Of a stretch of DNA of 64,000 bases, positions 1 to 10,983 are shown one piece after another. This DNA is from Candidatus Shapirobacteria bacterium (lineage in GTDB: Bacteria; Patescibacteriota; Microgenomatia; 0-14-0-10-38-17), in assembly GCA_028695445.1 (NCBI GenBank), contig JAQVIV010000001.1, forward strand, positions 6,028 to 70,027, in the 5' to 3' direction. Position 1 is the stretch's first letter. Each line of letters opens with the position of its first letter. Under the pieces are notes generated by a model. That model saw only the letters and a list, made by a program, of their open reading frames with translations. It searched no databases and was not told the DNA's origin. A program made the position numbers and the translations under genes.

Positions 1-1173
1 GAATCGCTTCTGACCTTTTTTTATTTGGCCATCGCTTATTGTTCCCTAAAAATCTACCAAGAAATAAAATTAATTAATTTTATTGCCAGCGGCTTGTTTT
101 TGGGTCTGGCCCTAGCCACTAAAATATCGGCTGGTCTTTTTTTTCTTTTGCCCCTAGCCGCCGTTTCACTTAATTTAAAAAAAGAGGGGGGATTAATTAA
201 GAATCGAATCGTTGGACTTGTTCTTCTGAGTCTATTGGCCCTTACGATAACTCTTGTTTTCTCCCCTTTCCTGATTATTAATTTCTCCCAAAGCCTGTCA
301 ACCCTAAAATATGAAATTGCTGTCGCCAAAGGTAAAATCATTCCTTTCTACACCCGACAATTCTTAACCACCGCTCCTTTTTGGTTTCATATCAAAAAAA
401 TTCTCCCCTTTTTGCTTGGCTGGCCGGCTTTTATTGTTTCTATTCGGGGAATAATTGGTTTTATCCAAGAAAAAAAGGGCCGATCTCTTTGGTTAGTTGT
501 TCTTTTTCCCAGCTTGATCTTTTTTCTTTATCAGGGACAGCTATTTGCCAAGTGGACTCGTTTCTTGGTGCCGATTACGCCAATCTTTTCATTATTATTT
601 GCTCAGGCGACCAGTAAAATTTCCAAACCACTACAATATATTGTAGTAATAATTTCCTGCCTTCCGGGGGTTTTTTTCTTTGATCTGGTTTATAATCAAT
701 CCGATACCCGCTACCAATTTTCTTCCTGGGCCAAAGAAAATCTTCCCCAAGCCTCTATTATCCTTTCTGAATCGGGTAATGTGGTCAATTTACCTATCGA
801 CGCCGATCGCCAAATAATTAATTTTGACTTTTATCAACTGGAAGAAGAGGGAAACCTGGATCTTCTCTGTCAACATCTTAAAATGGTCGACTATATTATA
901 GTCCCCAGCCGAAGAGTTTTTGCTAATCACCCCTCAAGTTCCTTTCCCGCTACTGCCAATTATTACCAAAAACTTTTTTCTGATCAATTGGGCTTTTCTC
1001 TAATAAAAATCTTTTCCCCTAATAGTCGTTATTATTGGGCTAATTATTATTACCGAAAAAGCGAACTTGAGGCTGAAGAAACCTGGACTGTTTTTGACCA
1101 CCCAACAATCAGGCTATACCAAAAAACTATTCCTTTTTCTACTAAAGACTATCAGAATATTCTTTCTCAATGA
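1..1173 (+). CDS. GT-C fold membrane glycosyltransferase (PMT/ArnT-like), 5' partial
   Basis: Frame open from base 1; multi-TM; GLALATK and C-terminal EE.WTVFDHP motif shared with the next gene (paralog). Confidence 0.75.
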   Translation, partial: ESLLTFFYLAIAYCSLKIYQEIKLINFIASGLFLGLALATKISAGLFFLLPLAAVSLNLKKEGGLIKNRIVGLVLLSLLALTITLVFSPFLIINFSQSLSTLKYEIAVAKGKIIPFYTRQFLTTAPFWFHIKKILPFLLGWPAFIVSIRGIIGFIQEKKGRSLWLVVLFPSLIFFLYQGQLFAKWTRFLVPITPIFSLLFAQATSKISKPLQYIVVIISCLPGVFFFDLVYNQSDTRYQFSSWAKENLPQASIILSESGNVVNLPIDADRQIINFDFYQLEEEGNLDLLCQHLKMVDYIIVPSRRVFANHPSSSFPATANYYQKLFSDQLGFSLIKIFSPNSRYYWANYYYRKSELEAEETWTVFDHPTIRLYQKTIPFSTKDYQNILSQ

Positions 1174-2831
1174 AAATAAAAAAGAAACCGGGCCGTTATT
1201 CACCTCTTTTTTTAATAATAATCTTCGGGGCTGTCGCAATTCGTTTATTCGGTATTAACTGGGACCAAGGCTATTATCTTCACCCTGACGAAAGAATGAT
1301 TTTTTTTGTTGCCCATCGGCTCGATTGGCCTAAAGACTTAGCAGAATTTTTTCAAAAACAAAGTCCTTTAAACCCAAAATTTTTTGCCTATGGTTCCTGG
1401 CCGATTTATTTATTGAGAGGAGCCTTTTCTTTGGCCGGACTCTTCAATCCCAATTTAGCCACTTATTCCAAAAGCTATCTGGTTGGCCGAATCTTATCCG
1501 TCACTTTTGAATTAGGAATAATTATTTTCCTAATGAAGCTTGGTGCTCAGATGGCTAATAAAAAAGCGGCTCTATGGTCTGGTTTCTTTTACACCCTAAC
1601 CATCCTACCGGTTCAATTGGCTCACTTCTACACCGTCGACACACCACTAACATTCTTTATTATTGGTGCCATCTTTTTTTCTTGCCGTTTTATTGATCAA
1701 CCCAAGAAAAAATTCCTAATTTGGTCGGGAGTTTTTTTTGGTATGGCTCTGGCCAGTAAAATTGCCGCTCTCCCTTTTGGCTTGGTGGCTTTAGGGGCCA
1801 GCTTATTGGCTTACCAGCCAATTGGCAAAATAGCTTGGAGAAAAATTATTATTAGCCTCTTTGCCTTTGGCGGAACAGCTGTCCTAGTCTTTGTTTTCTT
1901 GTCTCCCTATGCCCTAATTGACGCCGATACTTTTATAAAACAAGTAAAAGAACAGCAGGTAATGACCAAAGACCCTTTTGTTTTTCCCTATACCCTGCAA
2001 TATGTTAATACTCCCCCCTATTGGTACCAATTAAAAAATTATTTCCTTTGGGGGGCGGGGCCATTTTTAGCCGGAGCCGCATGCTTTTCTTGGTTACTGC
2101 TGGCCGACAGAATGCTAAGAAAAAGAAAAACCCAAGCGAATCAAAACAAAAAAATTGCTCTTCTTCTGGGAATTAGTTTAATTTATTTTCTAATTGTCGG
2201 TCGTTTCAGCGTTAAATTTATGCGCTACTTATTACCCCTTTATCCGTTGATGGCACTTTTAACTGGCCTTTTTTTCTCAAAACAAAAACCCTGGACTCGC
2301 TGGCTGGTTAGCTTACCGTCAATGATTTGGCTTTTGGCTTTTTTATCAATTTATGCCAAACCCCATTCTCGAATTGAAGCTTCTTCTTGGATTAATCAAT
2401 CTATTCCTGCCGGCTCAACCATTGCCATTGAACACTGGGATGATCACCTGCCTCTTTTCGGCCAGGAAAATTATCAATTCCAAGTTTTGGAACTTTACCA
2501 GCCGGAAAGTTTTGCCAAGTGGGAAAAAATCGACCAACAGCTAGAAAGGGCCGATTATCTTATTATTGCCAGTCATCGTCTCTACCAACCCTTATCAAGG
2601 CTAACTGATTGTGCTCGCCTGCCAGCCAACCGCTGTTATTCCGAAACGGCTCAACATTACCAGAAATTATTCTCCGACCAATTACCCTTTCAGAAAGTGG
2701 CCGAGTTTTATCCCCAGCCAGAAATCAAAATTGGCTCCAAAACTATCCTCATCAATGATTTTGGCGCCGATGAATCTTTTATTGTTTATGATCACCCCCC
2801 AATAACAATCTTCAAAAAAAGCCTGCTATAA
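1170..2831 (+). CDS. GT-C fold membrane glycosyltransferase (PMT/GT39-like)
   Basis: HPDE motif after TM1, HFYTVD, RYLLP, C-terminal DESFIVYDHP; ATGA overlap with upstream gene. Confidence 0.8.
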   Translation: MKIKKKPGRYSPLFLIIIFGAVAIRLFGINWDQGYYLHPDERMIFFVAHRLDWPKDLAEFFQKQSPLNPKFFAYGSWPIYLLRGAFSLAGLFNPNLATYSKSYLVGRILSVTFELGIIIFLMKLGAQMANKKAALWSGFFYTLTILPVQLAHFYTVDTPLTFFIIGAIFFSCRFIDQPKKKFLIWSGVFFGMALASKIAALPFGLVALGASLLAYQPIGKIAWRKIIISLFAFGGTAVLVFVFLSPYALIDADTFIKQVKEQQVMTKDPFVFPYTLQYVNTPPYWYQLKNYFLWGAGPFLAGAACFSWLLLADRMLRKRKTQANQNKKIALLLGISLIYFLIVGRFSVKFMRYLLPLYPLMALLTGLFFSKQKPWTRWLVSLPSMIWLLAFLSIYAKPHSRIEASSWINQSIPAGSTIAIEHWDDHLPLFGQENYQFQVLELYQPESFAKWEKIDQQLERADYLIIASHRLYQPLSRLTDCARLPANRCYSETAQHYQKLFSDQLPFQKVAEFYPQPEIKIGSKTILINDFGADESFIVYDHPPITIFKKSLL

Positions 2832-2844
2832 TAAAATTCCAGCT

Positions 2845-3960
2845 ATGGCAACTGTTTTTATCAAAAAAGCCGCTCCTAAAACTGTTGTTGACGATTATCA
2901 AAATCTGTTGCGCCAATTCCGAAAACAACTTCCCTCGGGGGAGGCAATTATTATCAAGCTAAATTTATCCTGGACTAAGTTTTATCCGGCCTGCTCCTCG
3001 CCCCCTTGGCAATTAGAGGGAATAATTAAGGGTCTTTTATCACTGGGGTTTTCCCCAAAACAGATCATTCCAGTAGAAAATAAAACTGTCGTCACCAACG
3101 TTAAAAGGGGCGCCGTTAATCATGCTTGGAACAAGGTGTGCCAAAAATATGGGGTTCAAATTCACTTTTTAGACGATGAGCCATATCGTCTTTACCAACC
3201 CAAAGGTAAAATGTTAATCCTTGATAAAATCTTCCCTGCTGGTATTAGTCTACCAAAAATTGTTTTTAACAAACCCCTTATTAGTCTCTGCACACTAAAG
3301 ACCCATGTTTTTACCCAAAATACCGGAGCCATTAAAAATTATTTTGGTATGCTCGACACCAATCGCCACCACGCCCACCGTTTTATTCACCAGGCCATTA
3401 TCGATTTATTAACTATCCAAAAAGAGATTCACCCCCAAACAGTTGCCTTCATGGACGGAACAACCATTGGTTACGGCTCCGGCCCTCGAGCCATGAAACT
3501 AAAAAAAGCCGATCTTATTTTGGCTAGCACCGACCAGGTGGCTCTCGACTCAACAGCGGCCAAAATTATTGGCCTAAACAATAGCAAGATTAACTATCTT
3601 TGTTTAGGCGAAAAATTAAATCTTGGTGAAAACCGGTCCAAAAACATTCGCTTCCGCTTTTTTGGTCAAATCAATCAACTACCCAATTTTCGGCTCAAAG
3701 GAGCCGATAACGCCGCTTCTTGCGGACAAAAATTTATTTACCACCATTGCCCTTGGTGGCTAGAAAAATTATTATTACAAACTATTGTTGCCCCCTGGTC
3801 TTATCTGGCCTCACGTCTCTATTATGACTTCTATTGGTATCAGACAATAGGCAGAAAAAGGTTGAAAGCCTTTTTGGCATCCGATTGGGGAAAATTATTC
3901 CAAGAATACCAGCAAGAATCGCTTGGCAAAACTCAAAAATCTATTGGCCAATCAACTTGA
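2845..3960 (+). CDS. DUF362 domain protein
   Basis: IIIKLNL, LKTH...TGAIKNYFG, D.VALDS motifs typical of DUF362. Confidence 0.75.
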   Translation: MATVFIKKAAPKTVVDDYQNLLRQFRKQLPSGEAIIIKLNLSWTKFYPACSSPPWQLEGIIKGLLSLGFSPKQIIPVENKTVVTNVKRGAVNHAWNKVCQKYGVQIHFLDDEPYRLYQPKGKMLILDKIFPAGISLPKIVFNKPLISLCTLKTHVFTQNTGAIKNYFGMLDTNRHHAHRFIHQAIIDLLTIQKEIHPQTVAFMDGTTIGYGSGPRAMKLKKADLILASTDQVALDSTAAKIIGLNNSKINYLCLGEKLNLGENRSKNIRFRFFGQINQLPNFRLKGADNAASCGQKFIYHHCPWWLEKLLLQTIVAPWSYLASRLYYDFYWYQTIGRKRLKAFLASDWGKLFQEYQQESLGKTQKSIGQST

Positions 3961-4468
3961 AGAAATCAAAATTTTTACTGTCCACCCGATAGATTTTAGT
4001 TTGGGGAATTTCTTTTCTTAAAAAGGAAACAATTTGGTTATCATCTTCAAAGTAAAAGTCTAACCCAAGCTTCTTAATTATTTTTTTCTTGAAAATATGA
4101 GGAAGCAAATCGGCCTCATTAATGAAAACCCCAGAAAGATTTCCCCCCAGCCCCTTTTTAGCCAGCCACTTGGCGGTTTCTTTTTCTAAAAAACTATAAC
4201 GGCCAGAAATTAAATAAACTTCAAAGTTGGGATCTTGGCTAATTTTTTTCAAGAAAGTCAAGTTTTTTCTTATCGGCGGACGAAAGAAAGAGTGATGCGA
4301 CAATTTCCTCAACCACTGGTGGCCTCTATTGGTAGGAAAATTGTAGACAAGGCCACAATCTTTTGTCCCCCGAAACAATCTTTCTAACCAAGTCTTTGGT
4401 ACCAAAGGCGGGCGATCAATAATCACCCCATCCAAATCAAAGCCAATTTTTATTCTTCTCTTTTTCAT
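3941..4468 (-). CDS. HAD-superfamily 5'(3')-nucleotidase-like hydrolase
   Basis: IGFDLDGV motif I, ISGR, YFEDD motif; ATG at 4468 preferred over the track start. Confidence 0.7.
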   Translation of the reverse strand: MKKRRIKIGFDLDGVIIDRPPLVPKTWLERLFRGTKDCGLVYNFPTNRGHQWLRKLSHHSFFRPPIRKNLTFLKKISQDPNFEVYLISGRYSFLEKETAKWLAKKGLGGNLSGVFINEADLLPHIFKKKIIKKLGLDFYFEDDNQIVSFLRKEIPQTKIYRVDSKNFDFFKLIGQ

Positions 4469-4680
4469 TAACTCCAAAACACTTTCAATAATTATAACAA
4501 GTTTCGGGGTCGCAGGCTGTTATCACTTTCACTTTTTTTAGCTTTCCAGGAGTCTATTAAATAACTGGCTCCATCAAAAGAACAACCATAAGGTTTTTCT
4601 GACTCAACAAAGATCCGGAACCGAAACTGTGAAAAAGGTTCCTCTTTATCTTGCCAGCCTAATCCACTAAAATAAAGCTC

Positions 4681-6699
4681 ATGATTAATCATTTTCTCAT
4701 AGTTTCCTACTGGTGGTTTTTATTGTTTTCTCTGGGGTTAATCTTTTTTCCTCTTAGTCAAAAATTATTTAAAAAATTTTTTGATCAAGGTTATCTATTG
4801 TCCAAAACCATCGCTTTGGCCTTGCTTTCTTGGCCAATATTTTTGCTTGCCCACCTTAGGCTTCTTCCTTTTACTCAAGCAGGGGCTTTATTTCTTTTAA
4901 TTTTGGCAATTCTGGTTAATGTTTTTTTGGCTAAAAGAAACCCCCTTTTAAAGAAAAGATTAGTCAAAGTAATTCTTCTTGAAGAAGCGCTTTTCTTAAT
5001 CGCTTTACTTTTGGGTTCTTATATCCGCGGTCTAAAACCCGATATTGCCGGCCTGGAAAAATTTATGGATTTTGGTTTTATGAAAAGCCTAGTCAATAGC
5101 CGCTTCTTGCCCCCGGCCGATATGTGGTTTGCCGGCCAAACAATCAACTACTATTACTATGGTCATTTTACAGCCGCCTTCTTGACTAAACTATCCGGCT
5201 TATCGCCCTTTATTACCTACAATCTAATGATTGCCACTCTCTTTGCTCTAACAACAACCGGAGTTTTCTCTTTAACGGCTAATCTGCTTTTAAAAACAAG
5301 CAAAAACAGCAAGGCAATTATCGCCGGTGCCCTAATTGGAGCCTTAATCATTGGTCTGGGAAGCAACCTTCATACTCCATATCATCTCCTAAAAGACGGT
5401 GGGCAAAATTATTGGTATCCCAACGCCACTCGCTATATTGGTTACGACCCGCCGACCAGTGATAAAACCATTCATGAATTTCCCGCCTATTCTTTTATCG
5501 TGGCTGACTTACACGGTCATGTTTCCGGATTGCCGCTGGTAATTTTATTTATCGGCACTGCCTGGTCGCTTTTTCAAAGGAAAAAAATTTCGTGGTTAAA
5601 AACAATTTTTTTGGGATTTTTTTTAGGATTGATCTATATGACTAACGCCTGGGATTTACCAATTTATCTATTGTTCCTGGGGCTAGTTCTGCTAATCAAA
5701 CAACTGGCCAATCAAAAAAACTGGCAAGGTAAAAAAACTCTTCTTGCTATCCTGTCAATCATATTACCCTTACTAATCATCATTGGTCTGTTTTTTTTGA
5801 CCTCCTTGCCATTTAATCTTAACTTTAACTCTATGTTTGGTGGTATCGACCTGGTCATTAGTCAAACACCGATCTTCCAGCTCGTTGTCCTGTGGGGAGC
5901 TTTTGGTTTTTGGGTAATCAGTTTTTTTATTTTTTTAAGAATTTTCCCCAATAAAAAACCAGGTGATCTTTTTGTTTTAGGGTTAATTTTAACTGCCGTT
6001 ATTCTAATCGCCCTGCCGGAAATAATTTACATCAAGGATATTTATGGGGCTGACTTCTATCGGGCCAATACGATGTTTAAATTCACCTTCCAGGCCTATT
6101 TGATTCTCACTATTGCCTCAGGTTACATTATTGTTCGTGTTGGTCAAAGATTAACTAAAATCGGTCGGTTTGCCTTTCTGATTGTCTGCTTTTTTTTGGT
6201 CTTGGGGATACTGGTTTATCCGGCCTTTTCTGTTTCCGGTTTTTACGGTTCGGTTCATCCCAAAAATTTTCAGGGCTTATCGGGGTTGGATTTTTGGGCC
6301 CAGCGCTATCCGGAAGATTATCAAGCCATTATCTTCGTCGATCAAAGCTTGCCCAAAGAAGCCATTGTTTTAGAAGCGGCTGGCGACAGTTATACTGATT
6401 ATGGCCGAGTTTCGGCCTTTACTGGCCGCCCAACCATTCAGGGCTGGCTCGTTCACGAATGGCTTTGGCGAAACGGTTATGATCTGCCGGCCAAAAGAGC
6501 CAACCAAGTCCAAACGGTTTATCAAGATACCGATCTTAACTTGGCCCGAGAGGTTTTAGACCAATATTCTGTTGACTATATTTTCTTTGGTAAATTAGAG
6601 AAAGAAAAATATCCTAACGCCAACCCCGAAAGACTTAGTCTTTTGGGAAGACCAATTTTTAAGGCCGGAGAAACAGTCGTCTTTGAAGTAGGAAAATAG
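4681..6699 (+). CDS. DUF2298 / YYY membrane protein (GT-C-like)
   Basis: EKFMDFGF, INYYYYG, IHEFP, ADLHGH, NTMFKF motifs; multi-TM. Confidence 0.8.
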   Translation: MINHFLIVSYWWFLLFSLGLIFFPLSQKLFKKFFDQGYLLSKTIALALLSWPIFLLAHLRLLPFTQAGALFLLILAILVNVFLAKRNPLLKKRLVKVILLEEALFLIALLLGSYIRGLKPDIAGLEKFMDFGFMKSLVNSRFLPPADMWFAGQTINYYYYGHFTAAFLTKLSGLSPFITYNLMIATLFALTTTGVFSLTANLLLKTSKNSKAIIAGALIGALIIGLGSNLHTPYHLLKDGGQNYWYPNATRYIGYDPPTSDKTIHEFPAYSFIVADLHGHVSGLPLVILFIGTAWSLFQRKKISWLKTIFLGFFLGLIYMTNAWDLPIYLLFLGLVLLIKQLANQKNWQGKKTLLAILSIILPLLIIIGLFFLTSLPFNLNFNSMFGGIDLVISQTPIFQLVVLWGAFGFWVISFFIFLRIFPNKKPGDLFVLGLILTAVILIALPEIIYIKDIYGADFYRANTMFKFTFQAYLILTIASGYIIVRVGQRLTKIGRFAFLIVCFFLVLGILVYPAFSVSGFYGSVHPKNFQGLSGLDFWAQRYPEDYQAIIFVDQSLPKEAIVLEAAGDSYTDYGRVSAFTGRPTIQGWLVHEWLWRNGYDLPAKRANQVQTVYQDTDLNLAREVLDQYSVDYIFFGKLEKEKYPNANPERLSLLGRPIFKAGETVVFEVGK

Positions 6700-6818
6700 T
6701 GTTCAAAATAAGTTCCGATTTCTAAACAAATCTTAAATCACAATTTATAAAAAATATTAGTCTGATTGGTCTTATTGGACCGATATTTATAAGAATTAAA
6801 AATTAGAAATTTATACCC

Positions 6819-8621
6819 GTGTCTTTGCTTGATTCTCTAAATCCCCAACAAAAGAAGGCCGTTTGCTTCAACCATGGTCCATTGTTAATTCTGGCTGGAG
6901 CCGGTTCGGGAAAAACTAGAGTCATCACCTACCGAACCGCCTACTTAATCAAAGAAAATTTAGCCAAACCCGAAGAAATCCTTTGTATTACCTTCACCAA
7001 TAAGGCCGCTCAAGAAATGAAGAGCCGACTAGAAGAACTGCTCTCCTTTTATCCCGGCCTTCCCTGGACCGGAACTTTCCACGCCTTCTGTGCTCGCCTT
7101 TTGCGCCTTGAGGGCCAGGCGATCGGGATCCCCTCAAATTATCTTATTTGGGACAGAACCGACCAACTATCAATCATTAAAAAAATCATATCAAGAAAAA
7201 GCAGTCAAAAACACTCTCCCACCACTATTATCAACAATATTTCTGGAGCCAAAAACGAACTTATCGGCCCGCTAGACTATGCTCGCTTTGCCCAAGGTTC
7301 TTTTCAGGAATTGGTCGCCGAAATTTACCTTGCCTACCAAAAAGAACTTCGTTTGTCGGGCGCTCTTGATTTCGATGATCTTTTGGTAAAGACGGTCAAC
7401 CTCTTTGACCAAATGCCAAAAATTCTAGAAAAATATCAGGAACACTATCGCTATCTTTTTGTTGATGAATATCAAGACACCAATCGAGCCCAATACCAAC
7501 TAACCAAAGGCTTAGCGCAAAAACATCACAATCTCTGTGTTGTTGCCGATGCCTCCCAGTCAATTTATAGTTGGCGAGGAGCCGATTATCGCAACATTAG
7601 CCGAATTCAGAAAGATTTTCCTGAAATTGGGGTAATTAATTTGGAACAAAATTATCGCTCTAGTCAAAATATCCTCGATACCGCCTATCATGTTATCAGC
7701 CAAAACCGATCTCACCCAATTCTTAACCTCTGGACAAAGAATAGCCGGGGCGAAAAAATTACCACCTATCAAGCTGAAAGCGCCCAAGATGAGGCCCAAT
7801 TCATTATCAAACATATTATTACCAGTAAAAATCAGGGCCGACCACTAAACGATTTCGCTATTCTCTATCGAACCAATGCTCAGTCAAGAATCTTAGAAGA
7901 AGCCCTGCTTCACTATAATATACCGTACCAGTTAGTTGGCGGTTTTCGTTTTTATGAGCGAAAAGAAATTAAAGATATCTTGGCGTTTTTAAAAATTATT
8001 GCCAACCCCAAAGATCTGGCCTCAACAGAGCGGGTGAGGAAAATTGGCAAAAAAATCCTAGCCACCGTAAAGACTTTAACCAAAAATAAAAAAAATCAAT
8101 CCTTAAAAACCCTTGAGGTTATTAATCTTGTTTTAAACAAAACCGGTTATCTGTCTCGTTTTCGGGTAGAAAACGAAGAAGACATGAGCCGACTAGAAAA
8201 CATCAGAGAACTTAAAAGTGTCGCCCTGGAGCTTCCCGACTTAAATCAATTTTTAGAAAATATCGCCCTAATGGAGCAAGAATATTTTCCTCAAGGAAAA
8301 ATAACCAAAGAGGGGCAAAAAAAGGAAAAAATTACCCTAATGACTCTTCACGCCGCCAAAGGAACAGAGTTTGGGGTGGTTTTCTTGGCCGGATTTGAAG
8401 AGGGTTTACTGCCCCACTCAAGATCCCTGTTTGATAAAGAATCCTTAGAAGAAGAAAGAAGACTGGCCTACGTGGGTATTACCCGAGCCAAAAATAAACT
8501 GTTTTTAACCTATGCTTCTTCCCGATTAATTTTTGGCCAAAATCAAACCAATGGATCATCAAGGTTTTTGGCTGATATTCCTGAAAATTTAATCGATCAA
8601 CAAACTATTTCGTGGCTTTAA
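6819..8621 (+). CDS. pcrA: UvrD/PcrA SF1 DNA helicase
   Basis: AGAGSGKT, TFTNKAA, VDEYQDTN, QSIYSWRGA, NYRS, TLHAAKG, EERRLAYVGITRA. Confidence 0.9.
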   Translation: MSLLDSLNPQQKKAVCFNHGPLLILAGAGSGKTRVITYRTAYLIKENLAKPEEILCITFTNKAAQEMKSRLEELLSFYPGLPWTGTFHAFCARLLRLEGQAIGIPSNYLIWDRTDQLSIIKKIISRKSSQKHSPTTIINNISGAKNELIGPLDYARFAQGSFQELVAEIYLAYQKELRLSGALDFDDLLVKTVNLFDQMPKILEKYQEHYRYLFVDEYQDTNRAQYQLTKGLAQKHHNLCVVADASQSIYSWRGADYRNISRIQKDFPEIGVINLEQNYRSSQNILDTAYHVISQNRSHPILNLWTKNSRGEKITTYQAESAQDEAQFIIKHIITSKNQGRPLNDFAILYRTNAQSRILEEALLHYNIPYQLVGGFRFYERKEIKDILAFLKIIANPKDLASTERVRKIGKKILATVKTLTKNKKNQSLKTLEVINLVLNKTGYLSRFRVENEEDMSRLENIRELKSVALELPDLNQFLENIALMEQEYFPQGKITKEGQKKEKITLMTLHAAKGTEFGVVFLAGFEEGLLPHSRSLFDKESLEEERRLAYVGITRAKNKLFLTYASSRLIFGQNQTNGSSRFLADIPENLIDQQTISWL

Positions 8622-8889
8622 TTTGAAAATCGGTTAAAGAAACCTTTTTTATTTTAGACCGATCAACCACCTCAACATCATCAACTCTGGCCAGCGGTGA
8701 ACCTTGGTGAAACCAGACGAGCAGCTTGGCAATTTTTTCTTCCTCGCCGAAAACTTCAGTTTCGACTCGACCATCAAGACGGTTTCTAACCCAGCCAATC
8801 AAGCCCAACCGCTGGGCCTTTTGTTGAGCAAAAAAACGAAAACCAACCTTTTGTACTCGACCAGAAATAAAGACATGAACCCTAATCAT
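8605..8889 (-). CDS. acyP: Acylphosphatase
   Basis: GRVQKVGFR and GWVRNRLDGRVE signatures. Confidence 0.9.
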   Translation of the reverse strand: MIRVHVFISGRVQKVGFRFFAQQKAQRLGLIGWVRNRLDGRVETEVFGEEEKIAKLLVWFHQGSPLARVDDVEVVDRSKIKKVSLTDFQIKATK

Positions 8890-9023
8890 CTAAAAAAAAT
8901 AAAATTAATTGCTATATTGCTAAGTTACTAATAAGTATTTCTTTCAAAAATAGGCCCAAAAGAACAATATAACAATTACTCTTTTTTTGAGTTTCTTTCA
9001 TCAGTAAGTTATTATAACAATTA

Positions 9024-10013
9024 ATGAGCCCTCAATTAAATTCTAATCCTCGACAGCAAGAATACGACCCGCTGGTTAATCATCCGATTCAGTCCTGGGC
9101 CTGGGGGGAGTTTAGAAAAAAAATGACCGCCCAGGTTGACCGTTTTATTATCAATCAAGAAGCGGGTCAAATTTTTTTTTATCAATTACCACTGTTTCCT
9201 TTTACTATTGGTCACTGCCCAAAAATTAATTTTATCAACCGACAACTAATCGATCATCTCACCCTCCTTGGCCAAAAAAGACAAGCCTTATTTATTAAAA
9301 TTGAGCCTCATATTCTGGCTAATCCCAAAAAAGAGAAAGAACTATCAGCTCTTGGCCTACACCGAGGAAGAGAAAATTTTTCCCAATACACTATGGTAAT
9401 TAACCTTAATCAAAGTCCCGATCAACTTCTGGCCAGCTTTGCCTCTAAAACCCGCTACAATATTCGCTTGGCCAAAAGAAAGGGAGTAAGGGTTATCAAA
9501 GACAATTCTACCGCCGCTTTTAACATTTACTGGCGATTGACAAAAAAAACCACTGCCCGACAGGGTTTCTACGCCCATAATCAAGACTATCATGAAAAAA
9601 TGTGGCAAACCATGAGCCGGGCCGGTATTGCTCATCTTTTTCGAGCCGAATACCAAAAAGAAACTCTGGCCGCCTGGATTCTTTTCAAGTTTGGGAACAC
9701 CCTTTACTACCCCTATGGGGCCTCATCCCGAAAACATCGCCAAGTTATGGCTTCCAATTTATTAATGTGGGAGGCAATTTTGTTTGGTCAAAAAAGTGGC
9801 TGTCAACAATTTGATCTTTGGGGAACGCCAGGACCAAACCCCGAAAAAACCAATCCCTGGTATGGTTTTCATCGTTTCAAAGCCGGCTATAATCCAGAAA
9901 CTATAAAGCTTCTGGGAGCCCACGACTTGATCATCAAACCAAGCCTATACCCCTTCTACCAAGCCCTTGACAGTCTTCGCCGCCAATATTTAAAGTTTAA
10001 AACTAAACTTTAG
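9024..10013 (+). CDS. FemAB/MurM-family peptidoglycan bridge transferase
   Basis: QSWAWGEF, KTRYNIRLA, YPYGAS, FDLWG, FKAGY motifs. Confidence 0.85.
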   Translation: MSPQLNSNPRQQEYDPLVNHPIQSWAWGEFRKKMTAQVDRFIINQEAGQIFFYQLPLFPFTIGHCPKINFINRQLIDHLTLLGQKRQALFIKIEPHILANPKKEKELSALGLHRGRENFSQYTMVINLNQSPDQLLASFASKTRYNIRLAKRKGVRVIKDNSTAAFNIYWRLTKKTTARQGFYAHNQDYHEKMWQTMSRAGIAHLFRAEYQKETLAAWILFKFGNTLYYPYGASSRKHRQVMASNLLMWEAILFGQKSGCQQFDLWGTPGPNPEKTNPWYGFHRFKAGYNPETIKLLGAHDLIIKPSLYPFYQALDSLRRQYLKFKTKL

Positions 10014-10093
10014 TTTTAAACAAAAAACCGATTTTGGACATTGATAATATCAATTCCGCTTGCGGTTTTGAGAGTGGCGATTTTCTTCTGCCT

Positions 10094-10137
10094 TGGTATA
10101 ATTGGTCAACACGGGCAAGAGGTGCCCGTGTTTTTTT
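10094..10137 (+). promoter_or_regulatory. Extended -10 promoter followed at once by a terminator-like hairpin upstream of murI
   Basis: TGgTATAAT 10094-10102; AACACGGGCA-agagg-TGCCCGTGTT 10108-10132, T-run to 10137. Confidence 0.55.
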
Positions 10138-10160
10138 AGTCTAAAAAAATTTAAAAAATA

Positions 10161-10973
10161 ATGAAAATTGGCGTTTTTGATTCTGGCTTGGGAGGATTAT
10201 CAATTTTGAAATCCTTGAAAAAGTCTCTCCCTCAATACGACTATCTTTATTTGGGTGATAGCCTTCACGTCCCCTATGGCGATAAAGACCCTGAAAAAAT
10301 CACTACCTGGGCGAAAAAAATTATTCCCTTCTTTATTGAAAAAAACTGTTGTTTGATAATCTTTGCCTGCAACACCATCACTGCCACCTCGCTATCCCAA
10401 ATCCAAGAAAAATTTGACCACCAAATTAAGGTTTTGGGCATTATCAGGCCAACCAGCGAATTTTTGCTTGCCAATCCGGCCAGGAAAATCGGTATTATCG
10501 GCACTACCAATACCATTGTCTCAAACATTTTCACTCACGATCTTGAAAAGATTAGCCCCAAAAAAAGAATTAATTACCATCAACAAGCCTGTCCCGGCCT
10601 AGTAGAAGAAATCGAAAAGGGTCCACCCTATTCCAAAAAGATGAAAACGATTCTCTCTTCTTGCCTTGCTCTCTTAACAGAAAAAAAAGTTGACGTTCTG
10701 GTTTTGGGATGTACTCATTACAACTTAATTGCCGACCAAATCCAAACTCTACTTCCTAAAACTAAAATTATTACCCAAGGCGATATTGCCGCTCAAAAAC
10801 TGGCTGCCTATCTAAACCGTCATCTGGACTTGGCCCAAAAAATTACCTGCCAATCAAAACTAGAACTTTACTTTACTAAAATAAAGGTAAATTATTCTTT
10901 TCTGGTTAATTTCTTTCTGGATAACCGCGAACAATCAGTTGAGTTAAAATTAGCTAAAATCAACTTTTCTTAA
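10161..10973 (+). CDS. murI: Glutamate racemase
   Basis: FDSGLGG, ACNT, LGCTHY motifs. Confidence 0.95.
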   Translation: MKIGVFDSGLGGLSILKSLKKSLPQYDYLYLGDSLHVPYGDKDPEKITTWAKKIIPFFIEKNCCLIIFACNTITATSLSQIQEKFDHQIKVLGIIRPTSEFLLANPARKIGIIGTTNTIVSNIFTHDLEKISPKKRINYHQQACPGLVEEIEKGPPYSKKMKTILSSCLALLTEKKVDVLVLGCTHYNLIADQIQTLLPKTKIITQGDIAAQKLAAYLNRHLDLAQKITCQSKLELYFTKIKVNYSFLVNFFLDNREQSVELKLAKINFS

Positions 10974-10983
10974 ACAAGAAGGC